From positions 2,560,001 to 2,624,000 of the forward strand of contig OY759599.1 of assembly GCA_963662465.1 (NCBI GenBank): 64,000 nt of DNA, read 5' to 3'. The position numbers were made by a program, and so were the translations under genes. Shown one piece after another: positions 10,158 to 19,831 of the stretch. The notes under the pieces were generated by a model, which saw nothing but the letters and a program-made list of their open reading frames with translations, did not search any database and was not told where the DNA came from. Each line of letters starts with the position of its first letter. Positions within the stretch are counted from its first letter, which is position 1. This stretch comes from Desulfatiglandales bacterium. Lineage in GTDB: Bacteria; Desulfobacterota; DSM-4660; Desulfatiglandales; Desulfatiglandaceae.

Positions 10158-10904
10158 CTAAAACGGCCACGCCACGTTTAGGAAGTTGGAAAGCCAACCC
10201 GGACTTTGACGTTGGGCGATAACGCCTTCACCACTGTAAACAAATTTCGCATCGGAAATTCGCGATGATTTCACTTCATACCCCTGGGTAGCCATATTAT
10301 ACCGAATGTCCCGCGGCTGGATAAGCCCCGCCAGGGTCAGGCATTGGGTCTCGTTGTTCACCGTAATCTCCCGAGACCCCGCAATCACAAGATTGCCGTC
10401 GGGCAGCACTCTGAAAACCCTGGCGGTTACGCCGTCCAGGTTTTTCAAGCGGCTCTCTCGATTGGTATAACCGCTTCCCTTGAAAGAAGGTTCAAAGGAA
10501 CCGCTAACCGAGCCTGAATAGGATGGCTGCAGGTTTCCGATATTCGAGAAGGCGCCCCCTACGCCGGCACTGACCGCAGACTTCCTCGATGTGTTGGTGT
10601 CGGCCTTGTTGTTTGCCGTGGTATATTCGTCCAGAATAACGGTCACCACATCTCCCACTTTACTGGCCTTATAGTCTTTAAACAGACTGCCCAGAGACCC
10701 ACTGTCATCCCAGAGACTTCCCTCGTACTTCTCGGGCTTTACCCTGTGATTAGTGCCGACCCCCAGGGACATGATCGCGTCAGGAGCAACAGCCGCCTTT
10801 GTCGCCGCCCGGTCGGAGACGCAACCGGAAAGGATTATCACCAGAAACAAAGACAGCGCGCCGACAACCCCAAATCTTTCAAACCGGGCATTCTGATTCA
10901 ACAT
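10158..10904 (-). CDS. flgH: Flagellar L-ring lipoprotein FlgH
   Basis: Lipobox LSGC, GSLW, VGDVVTV, VLPDGNLVI.G, C-terminal WPF. Confidence 0.95.
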   Translation of the reverse strand: MLNQNARFERFGVVGALSLFLVIILSGCVSDRAATKAAVAPDAIMSLGVGTNHRVKPEKYEGSLWDDSGSLGSLFKDYKASKVGDVVTVILDEYTTANNKADTNTSRKSAVSAGVGGAFSNIGNLQPSYSGSVSGSFEPSFKGSGYTNRESRLKNLDGVTARVFRVLPDGNLVIAGSREITVNNETQCLTLAGLIQPRDIRYNMATQGYEVKSSRISDAKFVYSGEGVIAQRQSPGWLSNFLNVAWPF

Positions 10905-10923
10905 CTTTCAAGCCCTCCTCGTC

Positions 10924-11904
10924 TCAAAAATCAACCTCCACCGTCTTGGAATCCAGAACGCGGGCATAAATGCTCTTTTTTGAATCCAGGTTTTCAACCT
11001 TGATTCTCTCCCCGCGGCGACCCTCCCGTTCACTGACCACACCCAGCGCCGTAACCCTCAGGCCCGCGGATTCAGCCACCACCATAACTACATCCCCACG
11101 TTTGACCAACGGCGGATATTCAATAAGATCAGGTCTCAGGACCGTATCGGCGCCGATGGCCCGCTTGGCCCTTTTTCCCAGGACTTCATCGGGATCCGTT
11201 ATAATATTGGAGGGCATCCTGGCCAAATCCTTTTCTCGAAGCTCGATATCCTCTTCCGTAATTCGCCCATACCGCCGCACCCGCCTTTTAGCGACCACCA
11301 CGTTTGTCAAGACGCTGATATGGGCGGTAGCCAGAATCCGCTTTTGAAACAGGCCGTTCACGTTGAAATGGATGGGAAAAGCAACTTTCCCTTTAAAATC
11401 GGAATTTTTAAGAGGCTCAACCCGGTAAGCAATCTTCCCTTTGGGCAGGGTTACATCTTGGCTGACCTGGATATTGTTAATCCTGACCCGGTCCCTGTCC
11501 CAGGGGATATTGGCATAGATAAAATCCGAAACAGCCCCTTTGATCTCTTCACGAGAAATAACGACCGATTCCCGAACAACGATAATGCTTTGAGGAATCA
11601 AGAGGCGAATTTGGCTCAAATCCACCTGCGCCTGTTTCAAACGGAGTCTGATATAATCCTCATCAATACGGCGTGTACTCCCCGGCAAGGGCGACCTTCC
11701 CAGGACGATTTTCTCTATTCTGGCCACCAGTGGACCGTTCATGCCGTTAACCGTGCATATTTCCCCCAAAACGATATTGTCATCAGAAATTTCAGCCTTT
11801 TCAAAGCCCTTTATAACAACCCGATCGGAGGCCCACGCAAAGGAAAGCAATCCTGTAAGCATAAGGAAAAAGACCCCACATGAAAAGAACTTTGAACGTC
11901 CCAC
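10924..11904 (-). CDS. flgA: P-ring assembly chaperone FlgA
   Basis: Signal peptide; SAF-like C-terminus LVKRGD.V...I.V.N..S.K.I.A.V; located between flgG and flgH. Confidence 0.9.
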   Translation of the reverse strand: MGRSKFFSCGVFFLMLTGLLSFAWASDRVVIKGFEKAEISDDNIVLGEICTVNGMNGPLVARIEKIVLGRSPLPGSTRRIDEDYIRLRLKQAQVDLSQIRLLIPQSIIVVRESVVISREEIKGAVSDFIYANIPWDRDRVRINNIQVSQDVTLPKGKIAYRVEPLKNSDFKGKVAFPIHFNVNGLFQKRILATAHISVLTNVVVAKRRVRRYGRITEEDIELREKDLARMPSNIITDPDEVLGKRAKRAIGADTVLRPDLIEYPPLVKRGDVVMVVAESAGLRVTALGVVSEREGRRGERIKVENLDSKKSIYARVLDSKTVEVDF

Positions 11905-11913
11905 AATTCACCC

Positions 11914-12702
11914 CTAACGCTGTAGATTATTGGCCATCTGCAGCATATCATCCGTGGCCTTGACAGCCTTGCTGCTCAACTCGTAAGCGCGTTGAGCCGC
12001 AATCATACTCACCATTTCTTCCACCACGCTGACATTGCTCATCTCCAGATAGCCCTGTGCAATGGTGCCGAAACCATCTTCGCCGGCCGTGCCCGTGACG
12101 GCTTCCCCCGATGACTTGGTGGGCATATAGAGATTTCTGCCGATACTTTCCAATCCGGCAGGGTTAATAAACCTGACCAGTTCAATCGTACCCACTTCGG
12201 TGGGTTCAGCCTCTCCCGCCTGCAAAACAGAGATGGTGCCGTCGGTTCCGATGCTTATGGAAAGGGCGTCAGTGGGAATGGCAAGTTCCGGCTCCATCAT
12301 AAACCCATCGGAGGTCACGATTCGGCCCTCACTGTCCAGCTTGAATGATCCGGCACGGGTATAGGCGACATCCCCATTGGGCTGAAGGATCTGGAAAAAA
12401 CCACCCCCCTCGATGGCCATGTCCAGGTCATTCTGGGTTTGCTGGTAATCTCCCTGACTAAAAATCTTCTGGGTTCCCGCCGGTCTGGTTCCGTGACCGA
12501 TCTGGATGCCCGTCGGCACCTCCGTCCCTTGCGCCGAAGCGGTCCCTGCCGCACGCAGCGTATGATACAGGAGATCCTGAAAATCGGCCCGGCTTCGTTT
12601 AAAACCGGTGGTATTCACATTGGCCAGATTGTTTGCGATAACATCGATATTTAACGTCTGAGCCTGCATCCCCGTGGATGCGATCCACAATGATCGTTGC
12701 AT
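11914..12702 (-). CDS. flgG: Distal rod protein FlgG
   Basis: [13 protein letters not shown]...FQDLLY, YTRAGSF, LEMSNV motifs. Confidence 0.97.
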   Translation of the reverse strand: MQRSLWIASTGMQAQTLNIDVIANNLANVNTTGFKRSRADFQDLLYHTLRAAGTASAQGTEVPTGIQIGHGTRPAGTQKIFSQGDYQQTQNDLDMAIEGGGFFQILQPNGDVAYTRAGSFKLDSEGRIVTSDGFMMEPELAIPTDALSISIGTDGTISVLQAGEAEPTEVGTIELVRFINPAGLESIGRNLYMPTKSSGEAVTGTAGEDGFGTIAQGYLEMSNVSVVEEMVSMIAAQRAYELSSKAVKATDDMLQMANNLQR

Positions 12703-12740
12703 TTGGCGCCCCCTGATTTCATTACGTTCATCACGCTGAC

Positions 12741-13484
12741 TTAGGCCAGCTTCCCGACCTCATTGATGCTTTTTTTGGCGGCATCACTCAAAAATTGAAT
12801 GACTTTTTGATAGGACTCATAGCCCCTCATCACATCTATCATTTCAGTCATGGTTCTCACCCCGTTTACATTGGAGGTTTCCACAAACCCCTGCGCAACC
12901 TTTACATTTTCAGCTTTTTGTTCATCGACGGGGTCACTCTGGGGCGCAAACAGGGTACTGCTTATCTTTTTCAGCATGTGAGGGTTCCCGATGCTGACAA
13001 CCTGCAGGGTATCCACGGGATTTCCATCCGCCGTGATTTCTCCGGCCTCGTCCACCGCAATGTTTTTTCCCTTTATAATGATTTCGCCGGACTTTCCCAA
13101 AACCGGAAATCCCTCCTGGGTAATCAACTTGCCCTCCTGGGTCAGTGAAAAATTTCCCCTTCGGGTATATTGCTTTCCTTCCGGAGTATTGACGCAGAAA
13201 AAGCCTTCTCCATCCAGGGCCACATCCAGAGGATTGCTCGTGTAGCGCAAGGGAGAAGGGGAAAAATCGGTTCGGGTTTCATAAGGCTCCGCAGGGGGAG
13301 AAATCCTGAAAACCTTTGACGCTTGCGTCGTCCGGGAATCATCTTTTTCCCCAGGAATGTGAAAATAGAGGTTGTCCTTTTTAAACCCTACGGTATTGAC
13401 GTTGGCCAGATTATTGGTCAGGATGTTCAGCCTCAACTGATTATTGGACGCTCCTGATACGGCCGCATACATTGCCTGGCTCAT
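12741..13484 (-). CDS. flgF: Rod protein FlgF
   Basis: [40 protein letters not shown]; directly upstream of flgG. Confidence 0.92.
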   Translation of the reverse strand: MSQAMYAAVSGASNNQLRLNILTNNLANVNTVGFKKDNLYFHIPGEKDDSRTTQASKVFRISPPAEPYETRTDFSPSPLRYTSNPLDVALDGEGFFCVNTPEGKQYTRRGNFSLTQEGKLITQEGFPVLGKSGEIIIKGKNIAVDEAGEITADGNPVDTLQVVSIGNPHMLKKISSTLFAPQSDPVDEQKAENVKVAQGFVETSNVNGVRTMTEMIDVMRGYESYQKVIQFLSDAAKKSINEVGKLA

Positions 13485-13540
13485 TTATTAACCTCCATTA
13501 TGAATCAAAGGCGCCCTGAAGGCCCCATGCTACATATTTA

Positions 13541-13556
13541 AGCAAGATGTATGCCG
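13541..13556 (-). promoter_or_regulatory. Sigma54 promoter upstream of flgF
   Basis: Minus strand CGGCAT-ACATC-TTGCT. Confidence 0.75.
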
Positions 13557-13563
13557 GAATGCA

Positions 13564-13591
13564 GTAGAGACAAGGCATGCCTTGTCTCTAC
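13564..13591. repeat. GTAG-type REP-like palindrome
   Basis: Perfect 28-bp palindrome GTAGAGACAAGGCATGCCTTGTCTCTAC. Confidence 0.75.
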
Positions 13592-13665
13592 CACTCCCAC
13601 AGCATTTCGGGATAAACACCATCTCCCCCATAGGCATTTTTTTCCGGCCTTACCCGGCAAAGACG

Positions 13666-14124
13666 TCAAGATGTCGGATGATAAGATGATGATAAGGCCC
13701 CCCTCCCTATTCGATCCCGAGTTCGGGAAACCCCATCGGTTCTTCCAAGCTTGACCACCAGTTCGATTTCATTTCTTGGGACATTCACCTTTTCAAAGAT
13801 CGCTTGAACATTCAACCCGAGGCCCGCAAGACGCCTTACCTCGGCGTACTCATCCCCGGGCTGTTTTCCCCAAGGTTTTCTTTTTTTGTCCTGATTGCCT
13901 CTTTTATTCCCGGAAAAACCGCCAATCTGATGATCCTCCCCGCTCAAAACCAGAGATAACGCATTGTTAAACGTTGTCCCATTTCTCTTGATCCATTCTC
14001 CGGCCAGCCTTCGGCCATATCGAGCCGTCCTCATCATAACAAGGATCGCAAGGGTGATCCCAAAGAAACAGAGGCACAAGACATCTGAAAGCATCTCCAA
14101 TTGTTCAGGGGTTAAATATGGCAT
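13666..14124 (-). CDS. Flagellar-cluster membrane-anchored protein (DUF2802-like C-terminus)
   Basis: N-terminal TM segment; C-terminal Y..V..LA..G.....I......PRNEIELV resembles the DUF2802-type genes found after fliA. Confidence 0.5.
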   Translation of the reverse strand: MPYLTPEQLEMLSDVLCLCFFGITLAILVMMRTARYGRRLAGEWIKRNGTTFNNALSLVLSGEDHQIGGFSGNKRGNQDKKRKPWGKQPGDEYAEVRRLAGLGLNVQAIFEKVNVPRNEIELVVKLGRTDGVSRTRDRIGRGALSSSYHPTS

Positions 14125-14140
14125 AAAAATAATCCTCTAT

Positions 14141-14404
14141 TTAGATGCGGATATCCACCCGGTTTCCCAGGTCATTTTGAATACCGGAAGGCATCTTTCC
14201 GCCTGTGGAAGAAGCCTTTTCCGCGTCCTGCCGACTCATATTATCGGAAGCCGGGCCATCATCTTTTGGGTTGTCTTTTCCGTCCTCAAGGTGTCCCTTA
14301 AACGACTGCTTTCCCGATCCGGAGTCCTCCCGCCTTGCTTTCTTTACCTTTGGCGCAGCGAAAATGGGAGCCAATATCCGTTGAATATGTAGTCCGTCCG
14401 ACAT
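14141..14404 (-). CDS. Small hypothetical protein
   Basis: 87 aa ORF co-oriented downstream of fliA, ending LGNRVDIRI. Confidence 0.55.
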   Translation of the reverse strand: MSDGLHIQRILAPIFAAPKVKKARREDSGSGKQSFKGHLEDGKDNPKDDGPASDNMSRQDAEKASSTGGKMPSGIQNDLGNRVDIRI

Positions 14405-14415
14405 AACAACACCAG

Positions 14416-14455
14416 AAAAACTTAAAACTTAAAACTTAAAACCGCGGCTTGCCGC
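14416..14455. repeat. (CTTAAAA)x3 heptamer tract with adjacent GC hairpin
   Basis: CTTAAAA at 14421, 14428 and 14435; GCGGCTTGCCGC hairpin at 14444-14455. Confidence 0.85.
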
Positions 14456-14456
14456 T

Positions 14457-15215
14457 TCAGGCCTCTGCCAACCCCTTTTTTCTCATGGCGTTGTGCAAAT
14501 GCAAAATCGCCTGAGAATGAATCTGAGAGACCCTGGATTCCGTCAGATCCAGCACTTTCCCGATCTCTTTCATGGTCAATTCATCCCAGTAATACAGTGA
14601 AACCACCATCTTTTCCTTTTTGGGAAGCTGCTCTATGGCATCCGCGGCAGCATTCCTTAATTCTTTCATGCCGGCCATTTCAAAGGGGTCTCCACTTTCA
14701 CCGCCGGCCAGAAGACCCATGAGATCACCTTTTTCATCCTGGGAAAAACAACCGACTTCCTCAAAGCTGACAAAGGACATGCCGGCCATCCCCCGAATCT
14801 CATAAAACGCATCAAGATCGATTCCCATTTTATCCGCGACTTCAGCATCCCTGGCCTCTCGACCCAATTTAAGTTCCAGACTCGCATACGTCTGTTGCAG
14901 CTCGCGGATCTTGCTTCTATTGGATCTGGAAACCACATCTCGGCTTCGCAACTCCCCCATGACGGCCCCCCTAATGCGGAAGGCGCCGTAGGTAATAAAT
15001 TTGGTCCCCCTTGTGGGATCATAGCGATCAATGGCGTCCATCAAACCGATGACGCCGGCATTGATCAAATCATCTTCCTCCACCTCCGCCGGCAGGTGGA
15101 CGGAAATCCGTTGGACAATATTTTTGACATAGGGGAGATATTGAAGCACCAGCTGATCCTTCATGGATTGCTCACCCTGCCATTCTTTTCCATCGTACAA
15201 TTCCGCCAGTTCCAT
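14457..15215 (-). CDS. fliA: Flagellar sigma factor FliA (sigma28)
   Basis: DDLINAGVIGL, F.TY..FRIRGA, ELTMKEIG.VL.LTESRVSQIH; follows flhG. Likely start MELAEL at 15215. Confidence 0.96.
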   Translation of the reverse strand: MELAELYDGKEWQGEQSMKDQLVLQYLPYVKNIVQRISVHLPAEVEEDDLINAGVIGLMDAIDRYDPTRGTKFITYGAFRIRGAVMGELRSRDVVSRSNRSKIRELQQTYASLELKLGREARDAEVADKMGIDLDAFYEIRGMAGMSFVSFEEVGCFSQDEKGDLMGLLAGGESGDPFEMAGMKELRNAAADAIEQLPKKEKMVVSLYYWDELTMKEIGKVLDLTESRVSQIHSQAILHLHNAMRKKGLAEA

Positions 15216-15257
15216 GATCAGCAACCGTTTCTTTTTTTTTGAAAATTAAGGCTCATC

Positions 15258-16163
15258 CTAAGTCGCTTTGTCAAAGAGGTCCCGCCAATAAAGACGGGGT
15301 TCCTTTTCAGGAAAATCCCAGGGAGGGACATCCAGCAACTTTTTTGCCAGTAAAACAAAACACTTGCTGGCCGCGGCCTCCGGCCTCATTTCGCTGACAA
15401 TTTTTTGACGCCTTACGCCCTCCCTGACCCTTTCGTCCATCAACACAAATCCCACATATTCGATGGTGATATCCAGAAATCGGTCAGCCACCAGCTTGAT
15501 CTGTTGATAGACCCCTTCCGCCTCCCTGGCATTTTTGGCGAAATTGACCACCAACCTGAATCGCTTTTGCGAATAGTTCATGGAAAGAACCTTCATCAAG
15601 GCGTATGCATCGGTAATGGAAGTGGGCTCGGGCGTTACCACCACCAATATTTCCCGTGCGCTGCTGTTGAAATACATGACATTGGAAGAAATACCCGCGC
15701 CGGTATCGATGAGCAAAAAATCCACATCATTCATAACCGCATCAAGAGAATCCAAGAACCTGGTTTTCTGGTCATCCGTCAAATGAGCAAGCTCTTGAAC
15801 GCCTGAAGATGCGGGGATAATCCTCATCTTTCCCGGTCCTTCCAGTGCAATTTCAGATATGGTTTTGGAGCCCAGAACCGCATGGGACAGGTTGTACCTG
15901 GGCGTAAGCCCCAGCAAAACATCGAGATTGCCGAGACCCAGATCCGCATCGATAATCAAAACCCTTTTTCCCAGCCGGCTGAGGACAAAGCCCACATTCG
16001 CGACGATATTGCTCTTGCCCACCCCTCCTTTCCCGCTGGTGATTGAAATAACGCGTGTCTGGGACTTGCGGGATCCGATTTTCAGTCTTCCCCTCTCCCC
16101 TTTTCTGGCCGCGATTCTATCGGACAACCGGATGAGGTTGCTGGGTGGCAGTCCTTGATTCAT
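15258..16163 (-). CDS. flhG: MinD-like flagellar number regulator FlhG/FleN
   Basis: ITSGKGGVGKS, DADLGLGN, DTGAGIS, PEPTSITDAYA. Likely start MNQGL at 16163 with GGAG SD. Confidence 0.95.
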   Translation of the reverse strand: MNQGLPPSNLIRLSDRIAARKGERGRLKIGSRKSQTRVISITSGKGGVGKSNIVANVGFVLSRLGKRVLIIDADLGLGNLDVLLGLTPRYNLSHAVLGSKTISEIALEGPGKMRIIPASSGVQELAHLTDDQKTRFLDSLDAVMNDVDFLLIDTGAGISSNVMYFNSSAREILVVVTPEPTSITDAYALMKVLSMNYSQKRFRLVVNFAKNAREAEGVYQQIKLVADRFLDITIEYVGFVLMDERVREGVRRQKIVSEMRPEAAASKCFVLLAKKLLDVPPWDFPEKEPRLYWRDLFDKAT

Positions 16164-16185
16164 TGACGATATCTCCAAATTAAAA

Positions 16186-16247
16186 GGGCTATGGGCTATG
16201 GGCTATAAGCGCTTACCTATCGCCTATCGCCTATCGCCTATTGCCCA
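16186..16247. repeat. Two facing heptamer arrays, (GGGCTAT)x3 and (CGCCTAT)x~4, around palindrome TAAGCGCTTA
   Basis: Read directly in the flhF-flhG intergenic region. Confidence 0.85.
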
Positions 16248-17516
16248 TCAAGAATATGCGTAGGTCTTCCCCAAATAGGGGCCGTATTGAAATCGTTCTC
16301 GTCCATCGCTCTGCGGCGCTTCTTTAAGAGCGGAAAGCCGCCTGGGATGCACCTTCTTAACCAGAATCAGGTCCACCAGTTTGTCCAGGGTCGCCACTTC
16401 AATATTCTCGGGGACCTGTGGACCGTTTGCAAAATAGGAAGCCGGCATTCGTGTATTGATCAGCTGATTGAGAAGATCACCGTATTCCGTACTGTCATCG
16501 AGCCTGGTGAATATCAGTCTGGCAATATTCATGACCTTGAATCGATCAAAAATGGCCCCAAAATCTTTTTCTCGCGTGGCGGCACTCATCAACAGGTGAA
16601 TCTCAGCGGATTTTACACACGCCAGAAGACCCTGAAGACGGCGAAGCAGCGCATCTTCCTTCCGGCTTATCCCGGGCGTATCAATCAGAATGATATCTTT
16701 TTTCCTCAGGTTATATAGCGATTGCTCAAGTTCTCTTCTGCTGGATGCCGCTTCCATGGGAACGCCAAAGATTCTTGAATAAACGTCCAATTGCGCAATG
16801 GCGCCAATTCTTTTATCGTCCAATGTTATCATTCCCAGTTTACGCCTGCTTTTGAGACCTCCGACAGCTGCCAGTTTTGCAATGGTCGTTGTTTTCCCGA
16901 CGCCGGCTGGCCCCACCATGGCCACGATTTTTTGTTCGCCGCGAACGATCTCAATGGGTTTTGTAACCGCACCCATTTTTCCTAGGATTTCGATGACGCA
17001 CTGCTTAATGCCGTCCGCTCCAAAGCCTTCCCTTGAAGGCGAAATCCGCCCCAGTTCCTTAACCAGATCCATGGCAATACTTTCTTTAACGCCCTGGTCT
17101 TGGAGCTCCTTATACAGGCTTAAAAACTGCATGTGATGGTCTTTTTTCCGCGAAAACCCTCCCCTTATCTTCGCGGGTTTAAACCTTTTTGCGGGAGTGA
17201 TGGTCCTTTCTCCCACCGGGGTGGCGGGGGTCTTTCTTCGACCCAACCGAGCAGGGGCAACCGACTCCCTGATGCTACTCGTAAGGGACCACTTTTTGGG
17301 GGGCATCGCCTCGACCACAGGCTCAGACTCAATTTTAAGGGGCTCTGCGTCAGTGGCCGCCGTCACCTCAACACAAGTTTTTTTTCTGAAACCGAACATG
17401 CCCGTTCCCATTTCCACGTCCTTGGAAGAAAGGATGACCGCCTGGGATCCGAACTCTTTTCTGATCAGCTTCAACGCCTCAGACGTGTTGTCTGCTCTGA
17501 ATTTTTTAATTTGCAT
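16248..17516 (-). CDS. flhF: SRP-family GTPase FlhF
   Basis: MQIKKF.A N-terminus; GPAGVGKTTTIAKLA, DTPG and G.QVPE.I motifs. Confidence 0.95.
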   Translation of the reverse strand: MQIKKFRADNTSEALKLIRKEFGSQAVILSSKDVEMGTGMFGFRKKTCVEVTAATDAEPLKIESEPVVEAMPPKKWSLTSSIRESVAPARLGRRKTPATPVGERTITPAKRFKPAKIRGGFSRKKDHHMQFLSLYKELQDQGVKESIAMDLVKELGRISPSREGFGADGIKQCVIEILGKMGAVTKPIEIVRGEQKIVAMVGPAGVGKTTTIAKLAAVGGLKSRRKLGMITLDDKRIGAIAQLDVYSRIFGVPMEAASSRRELEQSLYNLRKKDIILIDTPGISRKEDALLRRLQGLLACVKSAEIHLLMSAATREKDFGAIFDRFKVMNIARLIFTRLDDSTEYGDLLNQLINTRMPASYFANGPQVPENIEVATLDKLVDLILVKKVHPRRLSALKEAPQSDGRERFQYGPYLGKTYAYS

Positions 17517-19611
17517 GATCAAACCCCACCGTTCCAATCGATTCTACGCTAATATTGTTGACAATTTCATCATATGACAGCACAACCAAATCAGGAATAA
17601 AGCGATCCGCAAGCTTTTTGAAATGAGGTCGAATCTGCGCTGAACACAAAACAAGCGGTTGTTGGTTGCGTTCTGAAAAACCCGCCAGCTTTTGGGTAAG
17701 ACCTTTCACGAGTTTCTGGGCCATGTTTGGATCGATCGGCAGGAAACTGCCGCGGTCCGTGTACTGGACCGCTTCACCCAGGGTCTTTTCCACATTGTGG
17801 TCCAGGGTGAGTACGAAAATACGATCTTCAGGACCTTTATAGAGCTCTGTAATGGTCCTTGCGAGCGACTGTCGCACATATTCCGTCAAAGCATCCGTGT
17901 CCTTCACAATGTTGCTCCAGTCCGCCAGGGTTTCCAAAATGGTCAGTAGATCACGAATGGGAATCCCTTCCTGTAAAAGATTCTGAAGGACTTTCCCAAC
18001 GGCCCCAAGGGGCAACAACCCGGGGATCAACTCTTCCACCACCTTGGGATGGGAAAGCTTCAAATGATCCACCAACTGCTGAACCTCCTGCCTGCCCAGC
18101 AACTCATAGGCATGCCTTCTGATGACATCCGAAAGATGCGTTATCAAAACCGTCGGCAGATCCACAACCGTATACCCCTTGACCAGGGCATCTTCCCTTA
18201 AACCCGCTTTTATCCAGATGGCCGGCAAACCGTAGGTCGGTTCCGTTGTGGGCACTCCACTGACCTTGCCATCCGCCGTTCCGGGATCCATTGCTAGAAA
18301 ACAGTTCACCATGAGTTCCCCGTGGGCGACGGTGTTCCCCTTGAGCTTGATCACATATTCTCCGGGTTTTAACTTCATATTGTCTTGGATATGGATCGGA
18401 GACAAAAGGATGCCTAAATCCTGGGCAATCTGAGCCCTGAAAGACCGTATGCGATCCAGAAGATCTCCTCCCTGTTGGGCATCCACCAGAGGAAGAAGAC
18501 CGTACCCCACTTCCATGGCCAGGATATCCACGGGCGGAACGGATTCGACCTTCTCATGGGTCCCGGTTTCGGCCTCGATCAACTCATTTTCCTTGACTTT
18601 TTTGGATTCCACCGCCCTTGATTTGATGACCGAGTAAGCGATACCACCCGAAATAAAGGACAACACCATGAAGGGAACCGTCGGCATGCCCGGAACCAGG
18701 CCGAATCCGAACAACACCACGGCGGCAATGGCAATGGCGCGCGGCTGAAACAGGATTTCAGAGATAATCTGGTTCCCCAATGTGGATTCCGATCCGGCCC
18801 GGCTGACCACGATGCCCGCGGCCGTTGAAATCATCAATGCCGGAATCTGAGTGACCAGACCATCGCCCACGGTCAGCAGCGTGTAGTTCTGGGCTGCGTC
18901 CGATACGGTCATGCCGTTTTGCAAAACGCCGATGGCAAAGCCGCCCAGAATATTAATCAAGGTAATGATAACGCCGGCAATGGCATCCCCCTTGACAAAT
19001 TTACTCGCCCCATCCATGGCCCCGTAGAAGTCCGCCTCGCGTGAAATTTCACGCCGCCGCTCCTTGGCCTCCTCCTCGCCGATCAATCCCGCATTGAGAT
19101 CGGCATCGATGCTCATCTGTTTTCCGGGCATGGCGTCCAGGGTAAACCGGGCGGCCACTTCGCCGATGCGGCCTGATCCTTTCGTAATCACCATGAGATT
19201 GATGATCACTAAAACGATAAACACAATGGCGCCCACCACATAGTTGCCGCCCACCACAAAATTTCCGAAGGCCATGATGACATTTCCGGCAGCTGAAGCG
19301 CCCTCGCTGCCGTGGAGCAGAATAATTCGGGTTGAAGCAATATTAAGGGACAATCTGAACAGTGTGGCCAGCAGCAGAACAGAGGGAAAAGATGAAAAAT
19401 CCAAGGGCCGCAACAAATAAGTCCCCGTCAAAAGAATGGTTAAGGCGAAGGTAATGTTGAGGGACAGCAGCAGGTCCAACATAAAAGACGGCAGCGGCAT
19501 GACCATGAGAACCAGAATGCCGACCACCCCCACGGCCGCCATAATCTCGCTGTTTCGAGCCAGAAGGGGCATCCCCATTGAATTTTCGGTCTGGTTTGCG
19601 ATACTCATCAT
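17506..19611 (-). CDS. flhA: Flagellar export gate protein FlhA
   Basis: EVAARFTLDAMPGKQMSIDADL, FYGAMDGASKFVKGDA. Start moved to 19611 (SD GGGAG), downstream of the sigma54 site. Confidence 0.97.
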   Translation of the reverse strand: MMSIANQTENSMGMPLLARNSEIMAAVGVVGILVLMVMPLPSFMLDLLLSLNITFALTILLTGTYLLRPLDFSSFPSVLLLATLFRLSLNIASTRIILLHGSEGASAAGNVIMAFGNFVVGGNYVVGAIVFIVLVIINLMVITKGSGRIGEVAARFTLDAMPGKQMSIDADLNAGLIGEEEAKERRREISREADFYGAMDGASKFVKGDAIAGVIITLINILGGFAIGVLQNGMTVSDAAQNYTLLTVGDGLVTQIPALMISTAAGIVVSRAGSESTLGNQIISEILFQPRAIAIAAVVLFGFGLVPGMPTVPFMVLSFISGGIAYSVIKSRAVESKKVKENELIEAETGTHEKVESVPPVDILAMEVGYGLLPLVDAQQGGDLLDRIRSFRAQIAQDLGILLSPIHIQDNMKLKPGEYVIKLKGNTVAHGELMVNCFLAMDPGTADGKVSGVPTTEPTYGLPAIWIKAGLREDALVKGYTVVDLPTVLITHLSDVIRRHAYELLGRQEVQQLVDHLKLSHPKVVEELIPGLLPLGAVGKVLQNLLQEGIPIRDLLTILETLADWSNIVKDTDALTEYVRQSLARTITELYKGPEDRIFVLTLDHNVEKTLGEAVQYTDRGSFLPIDPNMAQKLVKGLTQKLAGFSERNQQPLVLCSAQIRPHFKKLADRFIPDLVVLSYDEIVNNISVESIGTVGFDHAN

Positions 19612-19650
19612 ACTCCCGCCTGGGTTATTTTTTCCATTTGGTGCTTGATA

Positions 19651-19666
19651 TGCACTTTTCATGCCT
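19651..19666 (-). promoter_or_regulatory. Sigma54 promoter upstream of flhA
   Basis: Minus strand AGGCAT-GAAAA-GTGCA (GG-N10-GC). Confidence 0.65.
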
Positions 19667-19831
19667 ATCATTCCGGGGGCCATAACGGAAATGGGAATAG
19701 GGGTCAGGATCGTTTTGAAGCGTTGAAACAGCGGTGTTGTCGGGCATACCGCAAATCATGGGCGGGTTTTTGTCTGAAGAAAGCCGGGAGGGGTCAGACA
19801 CAAAAGAAGCATGGTAATTTGACGATGGGCG

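Noticed and set aside
16490..16510. FlhF G4 motif TRLDD instead of TKLDE
   Set aside because: Conservative changes with the other GTPase motifs intact; not enough to claim altered function.
19612..19683. Long N-terminal extensions predicted for flhA (similarly fliN, cheX, J-REC, bioA, flgN)
   Set aside because: They overlap promoters, the intron or upstream genes. Downstream ATGs with an SD or stop-start coupling fit better.
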